64,000 nt of DNA from Octopus vulgaris (taxonomy: Eukaryota). Made by a program: the position numbers and the translations under genes. Positions within the stretch are counted from its first letter, which is position 1. The number at the start of each line of letters is the position of its first letter. The notes below the pieces were generated by a model. It searched no databases and was not told the DNA's origin. It saw only the letters and a program-made list of their open reading frames with translations. Below are positions 12,479 to 25,717 of the stretch, one piece after another. The stretch spans positions 16,368,001 to 16,432,000 of the forward strand of contig OX597817.1 of NCBI GenBank assembly GCA_951406725.2, read 5' to 3'.

Positions 12479-13243
12479 TTTTACTGTCACCCAGACAGCC
12501 TGAATAAAGCTGAGTAATGTGTCTTTCCTATGGCTATACACAATAATTGTTGTGTGGTTTAAACATTTGACCAAGAACTCTCAGTAGCCCAGTACATTAA
12601 CTCAACAGCAACCCTGCTTTTTTCTTAATGTAAATAAGTTGTGAAATATTCTCTACATTGTCTCCACTATTTCTCAATTATTGTACAATTGATTGACTTG
12701 ACTGACAACATATTCATCATTATCATTATAATATCCTCCACTTTTCCATGCATGCGTGGGTCAGTCAGGATTCATTCAGGTAGATTTCTACGGCTCAATA
12801 CTCTTCCTTTCACTAACCTTTTATCTGCTTCCAAGCCAGGTACTATTTCCCCGTGGCCAAATGTGTTTTTCATAGAAGATTGTAAATGAGTAATGTGGTG
12901 ACACTTGTTTACCAAAAAAAAGAAGAAAAAAAAAGCACCCTCTTCGCTCGCTGTAGAAACACTGCCAGATCAGACTGGAGCCTGGTGCAGCCACTGGCTT
13001 CCCAGATACCGGTCGAAGCGTCCAACCCGTGCTACCGCGGAAAATGGACGTTAAACGATGATGATGTGATGTCGAGACAAGGAGAAAGCATGCACACACA
13101 CACTTAGAAGACAGGCTTCGGTCAGTCTGGGTTAATAGAGGAAAACGCATGCTTAAAGTGCCACACAGAAACTGAACCCAAAGCCACATGGTTGGAAAGC
13201 AAGCTTCTTAACTATACAGCCATGTCATAGATTTTAAATGAAT

Positions 13244-13637
13244 ATACTCTTTTCTCTTTTACTTGTTTCAGTCATTTGACTGCGGCCATGCTGGAGCACC
13301 GCCTTTAGTCGAGCAAATCGACCCCGGGACTTATTCTTTGTAAGCCCAGTACTTATTCTATCGGTCTCTTTTGCCGAACCGCTAAGTGACGGGGATGTAA
13401 ACACACCAGCATCGGTTATCAAGCAATGCTAGGGGGACAAACACACACACATATATATATATATACATATATACGACAGGCTTCTTTCAGTTTCCGTCTA
13501 CCAAATCCACTCACAAGGCATTGGTCGGCCCGGGACTATAGCAGAAGACACTTGCCCAAGATGCCACGCAGTGGGACTGAACCCGGAACCATGTGGTTGG
13601 TTAGCAAGCTACTTACCACACAGCCACTCCTGCGCCT
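13244..13637 (-). mobile_element. tRNA-derived SINE family A, full length
   Basis: Minus-strand head AGGCGCAGGAGTGGCTGTGTGG (A box)...GGTTCAGTCCC (B box); internal (CA)/(TA) tract; simple-repeat tail. Confidence 0.9.
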
Positions 13638-14032
13638 ATGTTTATATAGTATAACAAAGGCAATGCAGTGTTGCAGAAGAAACTATTTTACCGGAGTTAA
13701 ACTAAAAATATGTTAACAAATATTTGGTTAGTGACTCTCAGCTTAGCTTACTTCAGCAACAACATACTTTAGCACCAACATTTTAATAGTTACTATATGA
13801 TAACTAATATATTTTTTCTATAAAATATCTTTGTTATTGTGTATACTGCCTTAAACTTATTCATTATGAACTTTCAATTTTATATTAAATTTTTAATTTT
13901 GTTTGGTTTCCTTTTAATAATTTTTCTATATTGCAACCTTATAAAATTCTAGTTTATTTTTTTTATAATTTTGAATCTAGTCAGCTCAAAATGTACATAG
14001 ATTACTATGTAAACTATAACGTATCATTTTTG

Positions 14033-14340
14033 GATTTGGTTTGCAAGATTCTTTATATGAGTTCGTGTGTTGAAACATTCTGTTGTGTCTGGGGCGAGTC
14101 ATTTTCTTTTTGTGCCTTATAATGTAACACACTCACCGGTAAAATTTCCACTTATTTTTTATTTTTATTTTCTTTAAATTTTTATTGTGTCTTGCAACCT
14201 TGTCAAGACTATTGAAAAGGTTGCAAGACGCAATGAAAATTTTAGGAGAATAAAAGTAAGAAATAAGTGGAAATTTTACCGGTGAGTGTGTTACATTATA
14301 AGGTACAAAAAGAAAATGACCCTCCCCAGACACAACGGAA
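14033..14340. mobile_element. Foldback insertion, probable Penelope-like inverted pseudo-LTR pair
   Basis: Palindrome 14077-14341 centred near 14208; 18-bp flanking duplication TATAA(C/A)GTATCATTTTTG at 14015 and 14341. Confidence 0.6.
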
Positions 14341-15360
14341 TATAAAGTATCATTTTTGTAATTATTCATGAGTCAACTTCATTTCACACCTTTTATCAAA
14401 TATTTAACAGTACAGTGGAGCGACAGTGATTAAATGTACTGTTTTATGATGAATGATAATTAGTACTATATACTATTGATAAAAAGAATACTAAAAGTGA
14501 ATGCAATAGTACATGTATATATGTATATACTAAGATGTCAAAATTACTCTATCATAATGTAACACTAATTCTGACTTTTGATTGTCAGATCAAACCTTTT
14601 TGCAAAAGATATAACAGAAAATTTCAAAAGCTTTCAACTAGTTATGAAGACTGAGCTACACTTTTTTCATAAAAGAGATGATTTTTATTATACTTTATTT
14701 GAAAACATTGTAAATCACATTAAGTTCGGATTTCTGGAAGACCACTATGCTTAGATCACATCACATTTAAATATCAAGGTCGTTATTGGAGCTGGGGTCA
14801 GGTCAAAGAAACAGAAGATTTAAAATGTGCAAAAGACAGGTGAACAAGAAAGATATAAAATAGTTCCCTAAATATATATGCGTATGTTTCATCAAATAGA
14901 TAGATCTTCACTGGCGGCCCCCAACATCTCAATATAGTATGCAAGAGCTGCTTATTTTCTGCTAGTAAATATTTCTATTTTTCAGCAGCTGGGGACATAG
15001 CTTTTTTTTTTTTTTTTTGTTAAGGTACTTTTAATAAAAGGGATGAGGATGACTAGATTTAAGTTGGTTTGGAAGAAAATGTATATATATAACGTTATAC
15101 TAGTTATGAATGTGAAAATTGGTTCACTTTGAGTGAAGAAAACTAATTGGAAAAACAATAATCATGAGCTGTTAATTTCACTGTGATGTAGGACTGATAA
15201 ATTAGATTGCTGTTTTATTTATATGCAACTATAATTCTTTGTAAAACATCCATTATATCACATTTTCTGGAATAAAAGAAGTTTTTCTTAAAGAAAATAA
15301 AGAGTGCAGCCTTGCGTATATAACTATATCCCCTGAAGTTTTCCTCAAATTTGATTCTGT

Positions 15361-15590
15361 ATACTCTTACTCTCTCTTTTACTTGTTTCAGTCATTTGAC
15401 TGCGGCCATGCTGGAGCACCGCCTTTTAGTTGAGAGCAAATTGACCCCAGGACTTATTGTTTGTAAGCCCAGTACTTATTCTATCGGTCTCTTTTGCCGA
15501 ACCACTAAGTGACGGGGACTTAAACACACCAGCATCGGTTGTCAAGCAATGCTAGGGGGACAAACACAGACACATACATATATATATGTT
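15361..15590 (-). mobile_element. SINE family A, 3' half
   Basis: Family match; ends at the internal (TA)n where the RTE tail begins. Confidence 0.85.
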
Positions 15591-15599
15591 GATATAAAC

Positions 15600-18535
15600 T
15601 ATCATCATCATTGTTTAACGTCCATTTTCCATGCTGGCATGGGTTGGACAGTTCGACTGGGGTCTGGGAAGCCAGGAGGCTGCACCAGGCTCCAGTCTGA
15701 TCTGACAGTACTTCTACAGCTGGATGCCATTCCTAATGCCAACCACTCCGAGAATGTAGTGGGTGCTTTTTATGGGCCAGATGGGGCTGGCATCGACCAC
15801 GATCGGATGGTGCTTTTTACGGGCCAGATGGGGCTGGCATCGACCACGATCGGATGGTGCTTTTTACATGCCACCGGCACAGGAGCCACATTCCGATGAT
15901 ACTTTTTGCGTGCCACTGGTACAACTACAATTTCCATTTGATTGTGATTTGATGTACTTGACTCAATAGGTCTCCTCAAGCACGGCATGTCGCCCTACGA
16001 TCTAAAGGTACTTTTTGAGTGGACTGGTTATGCAACACTGGTGTAGGTTACAGCTGTGATCTCATTTTATTTGCCGGGTCTTCTCAGTCACAGCATATCT
16101 CCAGAGGTCTCGATCTTCCGTCATTGCTTCTGTGAGGCTCAATGTTTGAAGTTCATGCTTCACCACCTCATCTCCTGCCTTCCTGGGTCTCCCTCTATCC
16201 CGGATTCCTTCCACTGTTTGGAAGTGGCACTTCTTCACACAGCTCCTCCTCATCCATCCGTAGTACATGACCATACCAGTGCAAACGCCTCTCTTGCACA
16301 CCACATCCGATGCTTCTTACGTCCAGCATTTCTCTCAGGGCGCTTACACTCTGTCATGTGTGCACACTGACATTACACATCCAGCAGCTCATACTAGCTT
16401 CATTTCTTTCAAGCAGCCTATGCATATTTTCAGCAGTCACGGCCTATGTTTCACTGCCATGAAGCATGGCAGTTCGCACACATGCATTGTACAATCTACC
16501 TTTCACTCTGAGTGAGAGGCCCTTTGTCACCAGTAGGGATAGAAGCTGTCTGAACTTTGCCCAGGGAATTCTTATTCTAGTGATAATGCTCTCTGAGCAT
16601 CCACCCCCACTATGGACTTGGTCACCTAGGTAGTGCACGCTATCAACTACTTTTAGTTTCTCCCCCTAGCATGTGATGGCATCTGTTTTCTGAGCATCTA
16701 TAGTGTTTATTGCCCCTGTGCATCTGCTGCACACAAAAGCTATCTTCCTTTGATATTGCTGCACCTCTTATGCATCCATAGCTTACACTGGGTACATTTT
16801 ATGGAGTTTCTACCTACACCTTTTCTACAGAGAAAGCAGGGCCACCTACCACAAAGGGTGTGTGATGTGTTCGCCTTCCTACTTACTAGAACTTTGGTCT
16901 TTGCAACATTACCTCTAAGGCCCTTCGACTTTAAACCTTACTTCCACACCTGAAATTTCTTCTCTAGTTTTGGTAGTGATTCTGCTATGAGGACCTGGTC
17001 ATCAGCATAGAGGAGCTCCCAGGGGCAACCTGTCTTTAATTCCTTTGTTATTGCCTGGGGGACTATGATGAATAAGAGAGGGCTGAGGGCTGATCCTTGG
17101 TGGACTCCTACTTCTACCCGGAATTCTTCACTATACTCATTGCCAACCATAACCTTACTAACAGCATCTTTGTATAGGGCCTGTACAGCCCTTATTAACC
17201 ATTCATCAATCCCCAGTTTCTGCATCAGCCACCAGATAAGGGATTGAGGTACCCTGTCAAAGACTTTCTCCAAGCCCACAAAAGCTAACTATAGGGGTTT
17301 ATCTTTAGCTAGGTATTTCTGCAGTTGTCAAACCAGGAATATAGCATCGGTGGTGCTTCTACCTGGCACAAAACCGAACAGCATCTCATCTAAGCAGGTT
17401 CTCTCCCTAATGAGATGGGCTATGACCATCACCTGATCCAGCAGTTTGATACCCCTGTAGTTATTTCTATCTAGAGCATCACCTTTACCCTTGTAACAGT
17501 TGACTATGGTGCTGCTATGCCAGTCATTGGGCATGACTCCATCATGAACTACCTGGTTTACAATATGGGTGACTAGGCCATAGCCCAACCCACCAGATAT
17601 TTTAAGCATCTCAGCACTGATTCCTGATTGGCCGGGGTCTTTTCCTGGCTTCATACCCTTAATTGCTTTATCTACCAGAGAGCTGTCTATTCGGATAGCT
17701 GGTCTCTCTACTGGGTCTACATTTGACAGGCTCTTCTCCTCCCATTCATTCTCCACATTCAGCAGTCTTTCATAATGGTTTCTCCAACCTCTTTCTTTCC
17801 AGAATCATTAAAAGCAAGTGCACCATCATCCATGCGGACACATTTCTCTCCTGTGACAATATAATTTTCTCTCACACACTGTCTTGCAATCTGAAATACT
17901 TCAGTTCTTTGGTCCTCACATTGCTGGACATTGGCAAACTTCTTCTTTTCTGCTTCTCCTTTAGCTATGTATACCTATCGCCCAGCCTAGCCTCTCTTCT
18001 GGCTATCTGGCACAGTTCCCTGCTACCCCAACTCTTCCAGGCTTTCCAGGCCTGTTTCTTTGCTCTAATGGCTATGTCTACCATATTATTCCACCACCAC
18101 ATTACCCTAGGTCTGATAGGGACTTTGCACTATCTGCAGACTTGGTCTGTGGCACTCAGCAAGCTGTCCCATAGGAATTTCCAGCTACCCTCTATGTCTG
18201 AGGTCTGTAGCTCCTCCTCCCTCTCATCAAATTTCTTGATGAGGATGTCCCTAAATCTCTGTCCATGTGAAAGGTTCTTTAGTTTCCAAATCCTTCTTTT
18301 CTGAATTGGTCTGCTTCTTGGCATCCTTCTGGCCTCAAGTCTAAAGTCACTAATGACTAGTCTATGCTGGGGGGGTACATTCTTCACCCAGGAGGGTCTT
18401 TGTATTTAAGAGCAACCCTGCATCCCACTGTCTGGTGAGGATGAAATCAATCTCGCTAGCAGAGTCACTTGATTGGTAGGTTATCAGGTGGCTATCTGGC
18501 TTCTTGAAGTTAGTGTTGCAGATTACAAGGCTACA
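15600..18535 (-). mobile_element. RTE-clade LINE, 5'-truncated, frameshifted APE+RT
   Basis: APE: ICNTNFKK, IDFIL, QHRLVISD. RT: NNYRGIKLL, FGFVPGRSTTDAIF, LEKVFDRVP, GVHQGSALSPLLF, LLYADD. 3' UTR then (GAT)n tail at 15600. Confidence 0.93.
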
Positions 18536-18652
18536 AGTTAAATATTTAGTGTCCATAACATTATTCATTTGCTTTGTCTTGCTTGAGTTTGTAGCGTAAG
18601 CAACAATAATTTTAACTTTGTAATTCCTGAATGCTTATAGATTATATATATG

Positions 18653-18855
18653 AACTCTCTTTACTCTTTTACTTGTTTCAGTCATTTGACTGCGGCCATG
18701 CTGGAGCACCGCCTTTAATTGAGCAAATCAACCCCGGGACTTATCTTTGTAAGCCCAGTACTTATTCCACCGGTCTCTTTTGCCGAACCGCTAAGTGACG
18801 GGGACGTAAACACACCAGCATCGGTTGTCAAGCAATACTAGGGGGACAAACACAG

Positions 18856-18900
<45 letters not shown>

Positions 18901-19070
18901 TATATACGACAGGCTTCTTTCAGTTTCCGTCTACCAAATCCACTCACAAGGCATTGGTCGGCCCGGGGCTATAGCAGAAGACACTTGCCCAAGATGCCAC
19001 GCAGTGGGACTGAACCCGGAACCATGTGGTTGGTTAGCAAGCTACTTACCACACAGCCACTCCTGTGCCT
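18653..19070 (-). mobile_element. SINE family A
   Basis: Full-length family match. Confidence 0.9.
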
Positions 19071-19473
19071 GAAGTGTATATAAAACGGAATGTTCTACAT
19101 TCTAGGATGACTATATCTTAAGAGTTTGTAATATACTTCAATTCACAATGATTATGGCTTGATTCGACTTGAAAAATATTTTACCCATGAATTTTTTTAT
19201 AATTGTAATCTTTTCCGAAGTCCTCCCACGATCCGTTGCTTTCCCCGCATTTTTGTTTCCATATTTGTTTCCTACACTTTTTTTATTATTGCGCTATATA
19301 TATAATTTTTTTTCGTGTCCGAGTAATATTGTAAACATTAACTGAATATTCTTTTAACACACTTAATTTTTTTTTTTCATTAGACTCTGGCCATGCTGGG
19401 ACACCACCTTTTAGTCAAACTTATTGACCCCACTGCTTATTTCTTTGTAAGGTCCGGTACTTGTTCTATCGGT

Positions 19474-20216
19474 GGATCTTTTTCCTTTTGAACGGCACTT
19501 TTCGACACAATTTCTATACTGGTAGAATGTGTCAAAATAAAACATTTTTTTCTCTTGGCTTTCTTGAGAAAATTGTAATTTGTAAGTTTAACGTAGTTTA
19601 ATTTTTCGAATTTCAACCAATCCTATGCCCTCTATTTAGCTAAAATCATTTGCTGCGTCTAAAACTGAGACAACATCCTGTCACTAACCCTCACCCTAAC
19701 CCTAAATTTTAGCCTTTCGGTTTTTTTTTTCTTAATTGTTAAATTAATTTATTTGTTACGCGTGTGTCTAAAATTATTCGCTTTGTTTTTGTTTTGAGTT
19801 TTTGCTTCCATTTTAGCCTTTTGGTTTTTTTTTTCTTAATTGTTAAATTAAAATTATTTTCCATTGCTTTCATTTTAGCCTTTCGGTTTTTTTTCTTAAT
19901 TGTTATCCTTAAATTAATTTAACAATTAAGACAAAAAAACCAAAAGGCTAAAATTTAGGGTTAGGGTGAGGATTAGGGTTAGTGACAGGATGTTGTCTGT
20001 TTTAGATGCAGCAAATGATTTTAGCTAAATAGAGGGCATAGGATTGGTTAAAATTCGAAAAATTAAACTACATTAAACTTACAAATTACAATTTTCTCAA
20101 GAAAGCCAAGAGAAAAAAATGTTTTATTTTGACACATTCTACCAGTATACGAAGTTTAAAAGTGTTTAGTTAACTAGAAATTGTGTTGAAAAGTGCCGTT
20201 CAAAAGGAAAAGATCC
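19474..20216. mobile_element. Foldback MITE with 8-bp TSD (Merlin-like GG...CC ends), inside an old family A SINE
   Basis: CTATCGGT|GGATCTTTTTCCTTTTGAACGGCAC...GTGCCGTTCAAAAGGAAAAGATCC|CTATCGGT; arms ~270 bp. Confidence 0.85.
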
Positions 20217-20244
20217 CTATCGGTCCCTTTTGTCAAGTCACTAA

Positions 20245-20710
20245 GGGGAATCCATCGTACAGACAACTTCTGCATGTGCAAATGGTCGTGGATGATTTTT
20301 TCCACGGACCCTGGACTTACCTTCACTTCTTGGACTAGATGCCAAATAGTTATGCTGCAATCCTCCAAAACAACGGTTTCAAACGAAAATAATTTTATAC
20401 ACACACGTATCTCAAACGAAGGTCGTTCAGGAATAGGAGCCGTTTCCAACGATATCCAACAACATTTGAACTGACAATGCCAGTGTTTGACTACGTTGTA
20501 TGATGGTGCATCGCCACCATAAACTTCTTTCATCTCATCGAATGTCTCTTTTGGTGTCCGACCTTTCAAGCATAAGAACCTGGTCACTGATCTGCATTCA
20601 ACTGTGTCCATTACAACATCTCAGTTCATTTCAGCAATGTGACATGTAAGAGACATCTATCATTATACCAGAAGTGGGTCAGGAAAAAATCTTTAATGAG
20701 CACACCTCTT
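20245..20710 (-). mobile_element. Mariner 5' fragment (second family)
   Basis: MDTVECRSVTRFLCLKG..PKE...M..VYG..APSY..VKHW...FK, through to KLSVRWIP. Confidence 0.85.
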
Positions 20711-20872
20711 AATTATAATGAATGTATATAACTATCGCCTCATGTGTCAGACATTACAGCTACCATTGTGATTACATCACAGATCCTTTTAAGCAATTAT
20801 ATACACACAAGTTTCTGTGTATACACACAATACACGAATGCATCCACATGTATATATGTATGCATGTATGTG

Positions 20873-20908
<36 letters not shown>

Positions 20909-21939
20909 TACATAGATATGTGTATGTGTGTGCAGTCATCCCTTTAAGAGATTAATATATCCTCTAATTAACTTAAATAGGCACACAATTTGTCTGCGCA
21001 GTGAACTGCGTATATTCTAAAAATATACTTCAGTTCTAGTATATGCTACTTTCCTTCTTAACATACATATGTGTGTAAACAGAGTTGTTTGCATATACAC
21101 TTATACATTATTCAGAAAAATATTTCATTATATCTAATCTGTTTAACGAGCATTCAAATGTGAGATGTTTTCGTTTTGTGTGTGTGTGCGTGCGTGTGTT
21201 TTTTTTTGCAGTTGTACGGAAGGATAAACAGGGTAAAATTGCCGTGGTTTCATATGTGTGTGTGTGTAGGTGAACTATGCAACAAAACTGGTTGCCATTC
21301 TAAAATACAGACGTGCTCTGAGAATCACGTCTGCTATTTATGTGCTAAACTTGAACTCTTTTCAAAATAGATGGGTTGAATGCGGCAAATTTCATACATG
21401 GAGATCCCAGGTCAAAAATTGGCACACTACGATTCTGTGATGGATGGGGTCTGAGAAATGGTCCAACTATTAAACCGTCTCTTCAGTACCTAGTCTGTGT
21501 TTTCCACCACCAAATGCTGTCAAACATTCTGTCACACATGATATAATTACTACTTGTGTATCTGAGGAAATTGATGATAAACAGGCATTTACTGGCAACA
21601 CATCGGTTGCAAATAACTACTAAATTTCTAAGCCAGGATGTGAAACCAAATCCACATTTTCCTAAAAATTTCTCTGCCTACTGGTTTCATCTGTTGCACT
21701 TTTTGAGTTAAACCTGGATCAAACCTTATACAGAGAAAAAATCCTTTGAATGGCCGGACCTAATTTAGTTAGGAAGAATATGAATATGCAACCAAAAGTC
21801 AGTTCTTTCTCTTTGGTCCCTTGGCTGCTGGTCAAAGAGTATCTCTCTTTCTCACTTCAAGTGTGGCCTTTCATTGGGCAACAACACAATTCTTAATCTT
21901 TCTATTTACTTTCCAACTTTCAGCATGTATTAATATATT

Positions 21940-22145
21940 TTTCTTTACTACCCACAAACACAGAGGAGACAAACGGATTAAGTCGATTACATCGACCCCA
22001 GTGTGTAACTGGTACTTAAATTATCGACCCCGGAAGGATGAAAGGCAAAGTCGACCTTGGTGAAATTTGAGCTCGGAATGTAACGGCAGACGAAATACGG
22101 CAATGCATTTCGCCCGGCGTGCTAACGTGTCTGCCAGCTCGCCAC
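21940..22145 (-). mobile_element. SINE family C
   Basis: Reverse complement of 52669-52900. Confidence 0.8.
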
Positions 22146-22899
22146 CTGTCATGTATTAATATAGAATACCAAATAAAATTCTTCCTCTTTCATCTGACAC
22201 CACACTGAAAGAGCACCTTGCTCTTGGTGTCCAGCATTCACTGGAGGAAATATGCCTCTATTTCTCACCTGACACCTTGTCTGGGGAGGATGCCTACTCC
22301 AAATATACTAAGACAGTTTGTTTTTGCTTTTAGATGCTACACATTTCTCTTTCTAGTACACCTTTATCTTTCTAACATCTACAGCTGACACAAATACTAC
22401 CAAGTGTGCAAATCATGTCAATACTAGCACCCCTCTACCACTGTGAAACAGTATACTGTTCCTAATAACAAATTGACAGAAAAATAAAATCTTTAAGAAA
22501 TAACTTGGTGCATATCACACTGTTCCACAAAGTTTACTTAATCTATTATTAATACTAGCAACTGCAGAATTCATTGCATATATCAGTGACATACATCTGT
22601 TACATAAGCCTGAAGTTAATATTATAGCATCCTTCAATCATAACACAGCAGCACATGTGAGCTTTAGCTTATGCAATAATAAACAGACACAGAAATTTGT
22701 CAAGGCACAGGAAAGGGATGCTAGCTGGTCTGAGGATATTGAACCTATAAAGGGCAGCAATGAAAAGTTCCAGGAAACTAAATAAGAGCAATACACAATC
22801 CCCTATGAATCATGATAGTCTTAAATCCAAATACAAATTAGTTTTTAAATGCCTACAGTTTATGCAAGCAAAGTTCACTTTTTAACTCTTAGTTGAAAG

Positions 22900-23770
22900 A
22901 GCTAAAATTAATTGCATTAGTCACAGAAACCCGGACACATTCTTTATTCTGTTGCGGTGTTTTTAGCACAGCTGACAACAAATTTCATTCACGAATGGTA
23001 GGTCTATATTCACCCAAGCTTTTCAGCAATTCCTTGAGATGATTTGAACCAATTGCAACAAGAGCTATTTTTCTGCAACATCTGTATAAACATATCAACT
23101 CTTACTTTGAGTTGTTTACAATTCCCCAAACAACCACCAAGACACACAGTTTTTTGACATTCTTGAAGCTACATCTAAGAAAATACCCATCAATGTTTCC
23201 ATTACTGGTGATTTCAACTCCCCAGAGATTGACCGAGAAACCATTTACTGACAGAAAAATGCAAATGGTTTTCTTGATTTAGTGCAGGATGTGAACTGGT
23301 CTCAAGAAATCACCTCCTTCACAAGAGAGAACAACAATTTGGAGTTGTTATTTACCACTGCTCCTGAAACTATTACCACTCCTCTTCCAATTCTGACTTT
23401 ATTAATGTGTTACTCCAAAACACTTGAAAATTACCAGCATTATTCCTCTCTTCAAAAAATGCATTCACATATCACCTGTCAATTATTGACCAGCCACTTT
23501 CACTAACTGTATTACCAAAATCCTATGTCAAAGAAACACTCTGGAACTCTCAAAACTTTATTTAATACTCTGTGTGGCCAACTCATCGAATTCTTGAAGA
23601 CATCTCCCAAATCACAGATGATGATTCATGGGTGGATGTGATCAATCTCAACTTCACCAAAGGCTTTAATTTTGTGTCACACAAATGGCTTATGGCAAAG
23701 AGTCCCAAGTGACTAGTGCTTGCTCCCCTGCTGTTTCTTGCATATATTAATGAAATGGATGCCAACTAGA
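22900..23770 (+). mobile_element. Very old CR1-type LINE ORF2 remnants
   Basis: ITGDFNSPEID and FTRENNNLELLFT (APE); VDVINLNFTKGF..VSH and APLLFLAYINEM (RT). Confidence 0.65.
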
Positions 23771-23804
23771 AACATGTTATGGTGTCCAACTTTGTTTTTC
23801 TATC

Positions 23805-24070
23805 ATCATCATTATCATTTAATGCCCGTTTTCAATGCTGGCATTGGTTGGATGGTTTAACAAGAACTGACAAGGGCAGGGGGTAGGTTCCATAGTCTGT
23901 TTTGGTTTGATTTCTACAGGTGGATGCTCTTCCAAATGCTAACCACTCTACAGAGTGTACCAGGTGCTTTTTACATGGCACCATCACCAGTGCTTTCTAA
24001 ATGCCACCAGCAGTAGTGCTTTTCATTTGACACTAGCACCCACACCAATGCTTTTTACATGGCACCTTGG
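23805..24070 (-). mobile_element. RTE 3' UTR fragment, old
   Basis: (ATC)n tail, GGATGC..TTCC.AATGC.AACCACT core, GTGCTTTT-type repeats. Confidence 0.7.
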
Positions 24071-24408
24071 TTTTAAGATCGCTCTTCTATTGTAGTGGGT
24101 AGGCCTTCTCAAATACAGAAATATACCACATATCTTGGTCCTCTCTCATCTCCTTCATTTATCAATTAAAAAACTTCAAAACTTGTCTTTTATGTACAGA
24201 CTCATAAACAATAGGCAAGAGGATTAATCTACACGCCTAACATAAGACAGAGACTTCATATCTTATTTTGTCTGAAATTAACTTTTCACCATTACACAGA
24301 TCTTTTTACAATCCTAATGAAACTGAACTTCACAGAGAGTGTAATCTCTAAAGAAGGACTCGTTAGTTTTTTACTTATGAACCTGAGAAACATGAAATAT
24401 ATACTTTA

Positions 24409-24795
24409 CTAGCAGTATCGCCCGGCGTTGCTCGGGTTTGTAAGGGAAATAACTATAAAGCATTTTTAGAGAGTTATAGCAAAAAAATGCATTAAAAATG
24501 GAAAAAAAATTATGGTAAATTTTTTTTTTAAATTGTTGACTCATCGTAGACATTTTTAGAGAGTTACTTCCCTTATATAATAGCGAAAAAATGCATTAAA
24601 ATGGAAAAAAATGATGGTAAATCATTTTTAAAATCGTAGACTCATCGTAGACGCACGCTAATACCCAGAAGGGCTCGATATGAATCACGACTATAAGATA
24701 CCCACTTTTGGTTAAACTGCACCGCAAAATGTGGGAGTGGTTAGGAATCTAAATAGGAGTAGACAGACACACAACTTCACTTTTATATATAAAGA
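24409..24795 (-). mobile_element. Non-autonomous Helitron
   Basis: Minus strand A|TC...CCCGAGCAACGCCGGG hairpin...CTAG|T; no TSD. Confidence 0.85.
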
Positions 24796-25308
24796 TATTA
24801 TCTTTCATACTTATTGTTTTTCATTAATATAATAACTGTTATTTTTTTAAGGAATTTCTAATTACCTTTAAGGTACTCCACCCTAAAACTGAATAATTTG
24901 ACCTCTAACCTTTTCTTGCTTGAGTTGCTAATGTAGGTTACAGTTTATATTCATATCTGTCATTATGACATAGTTCTGTCAATTTAGTGTAGGTGTTCCT
25001 CAATAGATTTTTCCTATTATTATGTATTTATTTGGAACATGCTGTTTCAGGTCATTTTCTCTAACAATAATTGATTTTTTTAAACTAGCACTTATAGATT
25101 ATGTCTTAAAGATAGTGTTGAGCGGGGAGCAACAATATGTGCTTGTATGTACTGCAATTTTATTGTCTGTGTGTGTGTGATTTCACTAAGACATAGCGAT
25201 ACAAATAACCAGTTATTAGAACTCAATATAGTTATGCTTAGGAATGCATTAGGAGAGAAGAGAGCATAATATCAATTAATGAATGACAAAAGAATAGGAG
25301 TAATGTAA

Positions 25309-25717
25309 TACTCTCTTTTACTCTCTTTTACTTGTTTCAGTCATTTGACTGCGGCCATGCTGAAGCACCGCCTTTAATCGAGCAACTCAACCCCGGGACT
25401 TATTCTTTTGTAAGCCCAGTACTTATTCTATCGGTCTCTTTTGCTGAACCGCTAAGTGACAGGGACATAAACACACACCAACATCAGTTGTCAAGCAATG
25501 CTAGGGGAACAAACACAGACACACAAACACACACACGCATATATATATATATACGACAGGCTTCTTTCAGTTTCCGTCTACCAAATCCACTCACAAGGCA
25601 TTGGTCGGCCCGGGGCTATAGCAGAAGACACTTGCCCAAGATGCCACGCAGTGGGACTGAACCCAGAACCATGTGGTTGGTAAGCAAGCTACTTACCACA
25701 CAGCCACTCCTGCGCCT
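25309..25717 (-). mobile_element. SINE family A
   Basis: Full-length family match. Confidence 0.9.

Noticed and set aside
13426-13716. Recurring MLGGQT.../MSSNARG... ORFs
   Set aside because: Translations of SINE family A copies.
17723-18304. 193-aa + strand ORF
   Set aside because: Antisense to the RTE ORF.
19684-19982. Telomere or chromosome-fusion site
   Set aside because: Only a few units, lying inside the arms of a TSD-bounded element.
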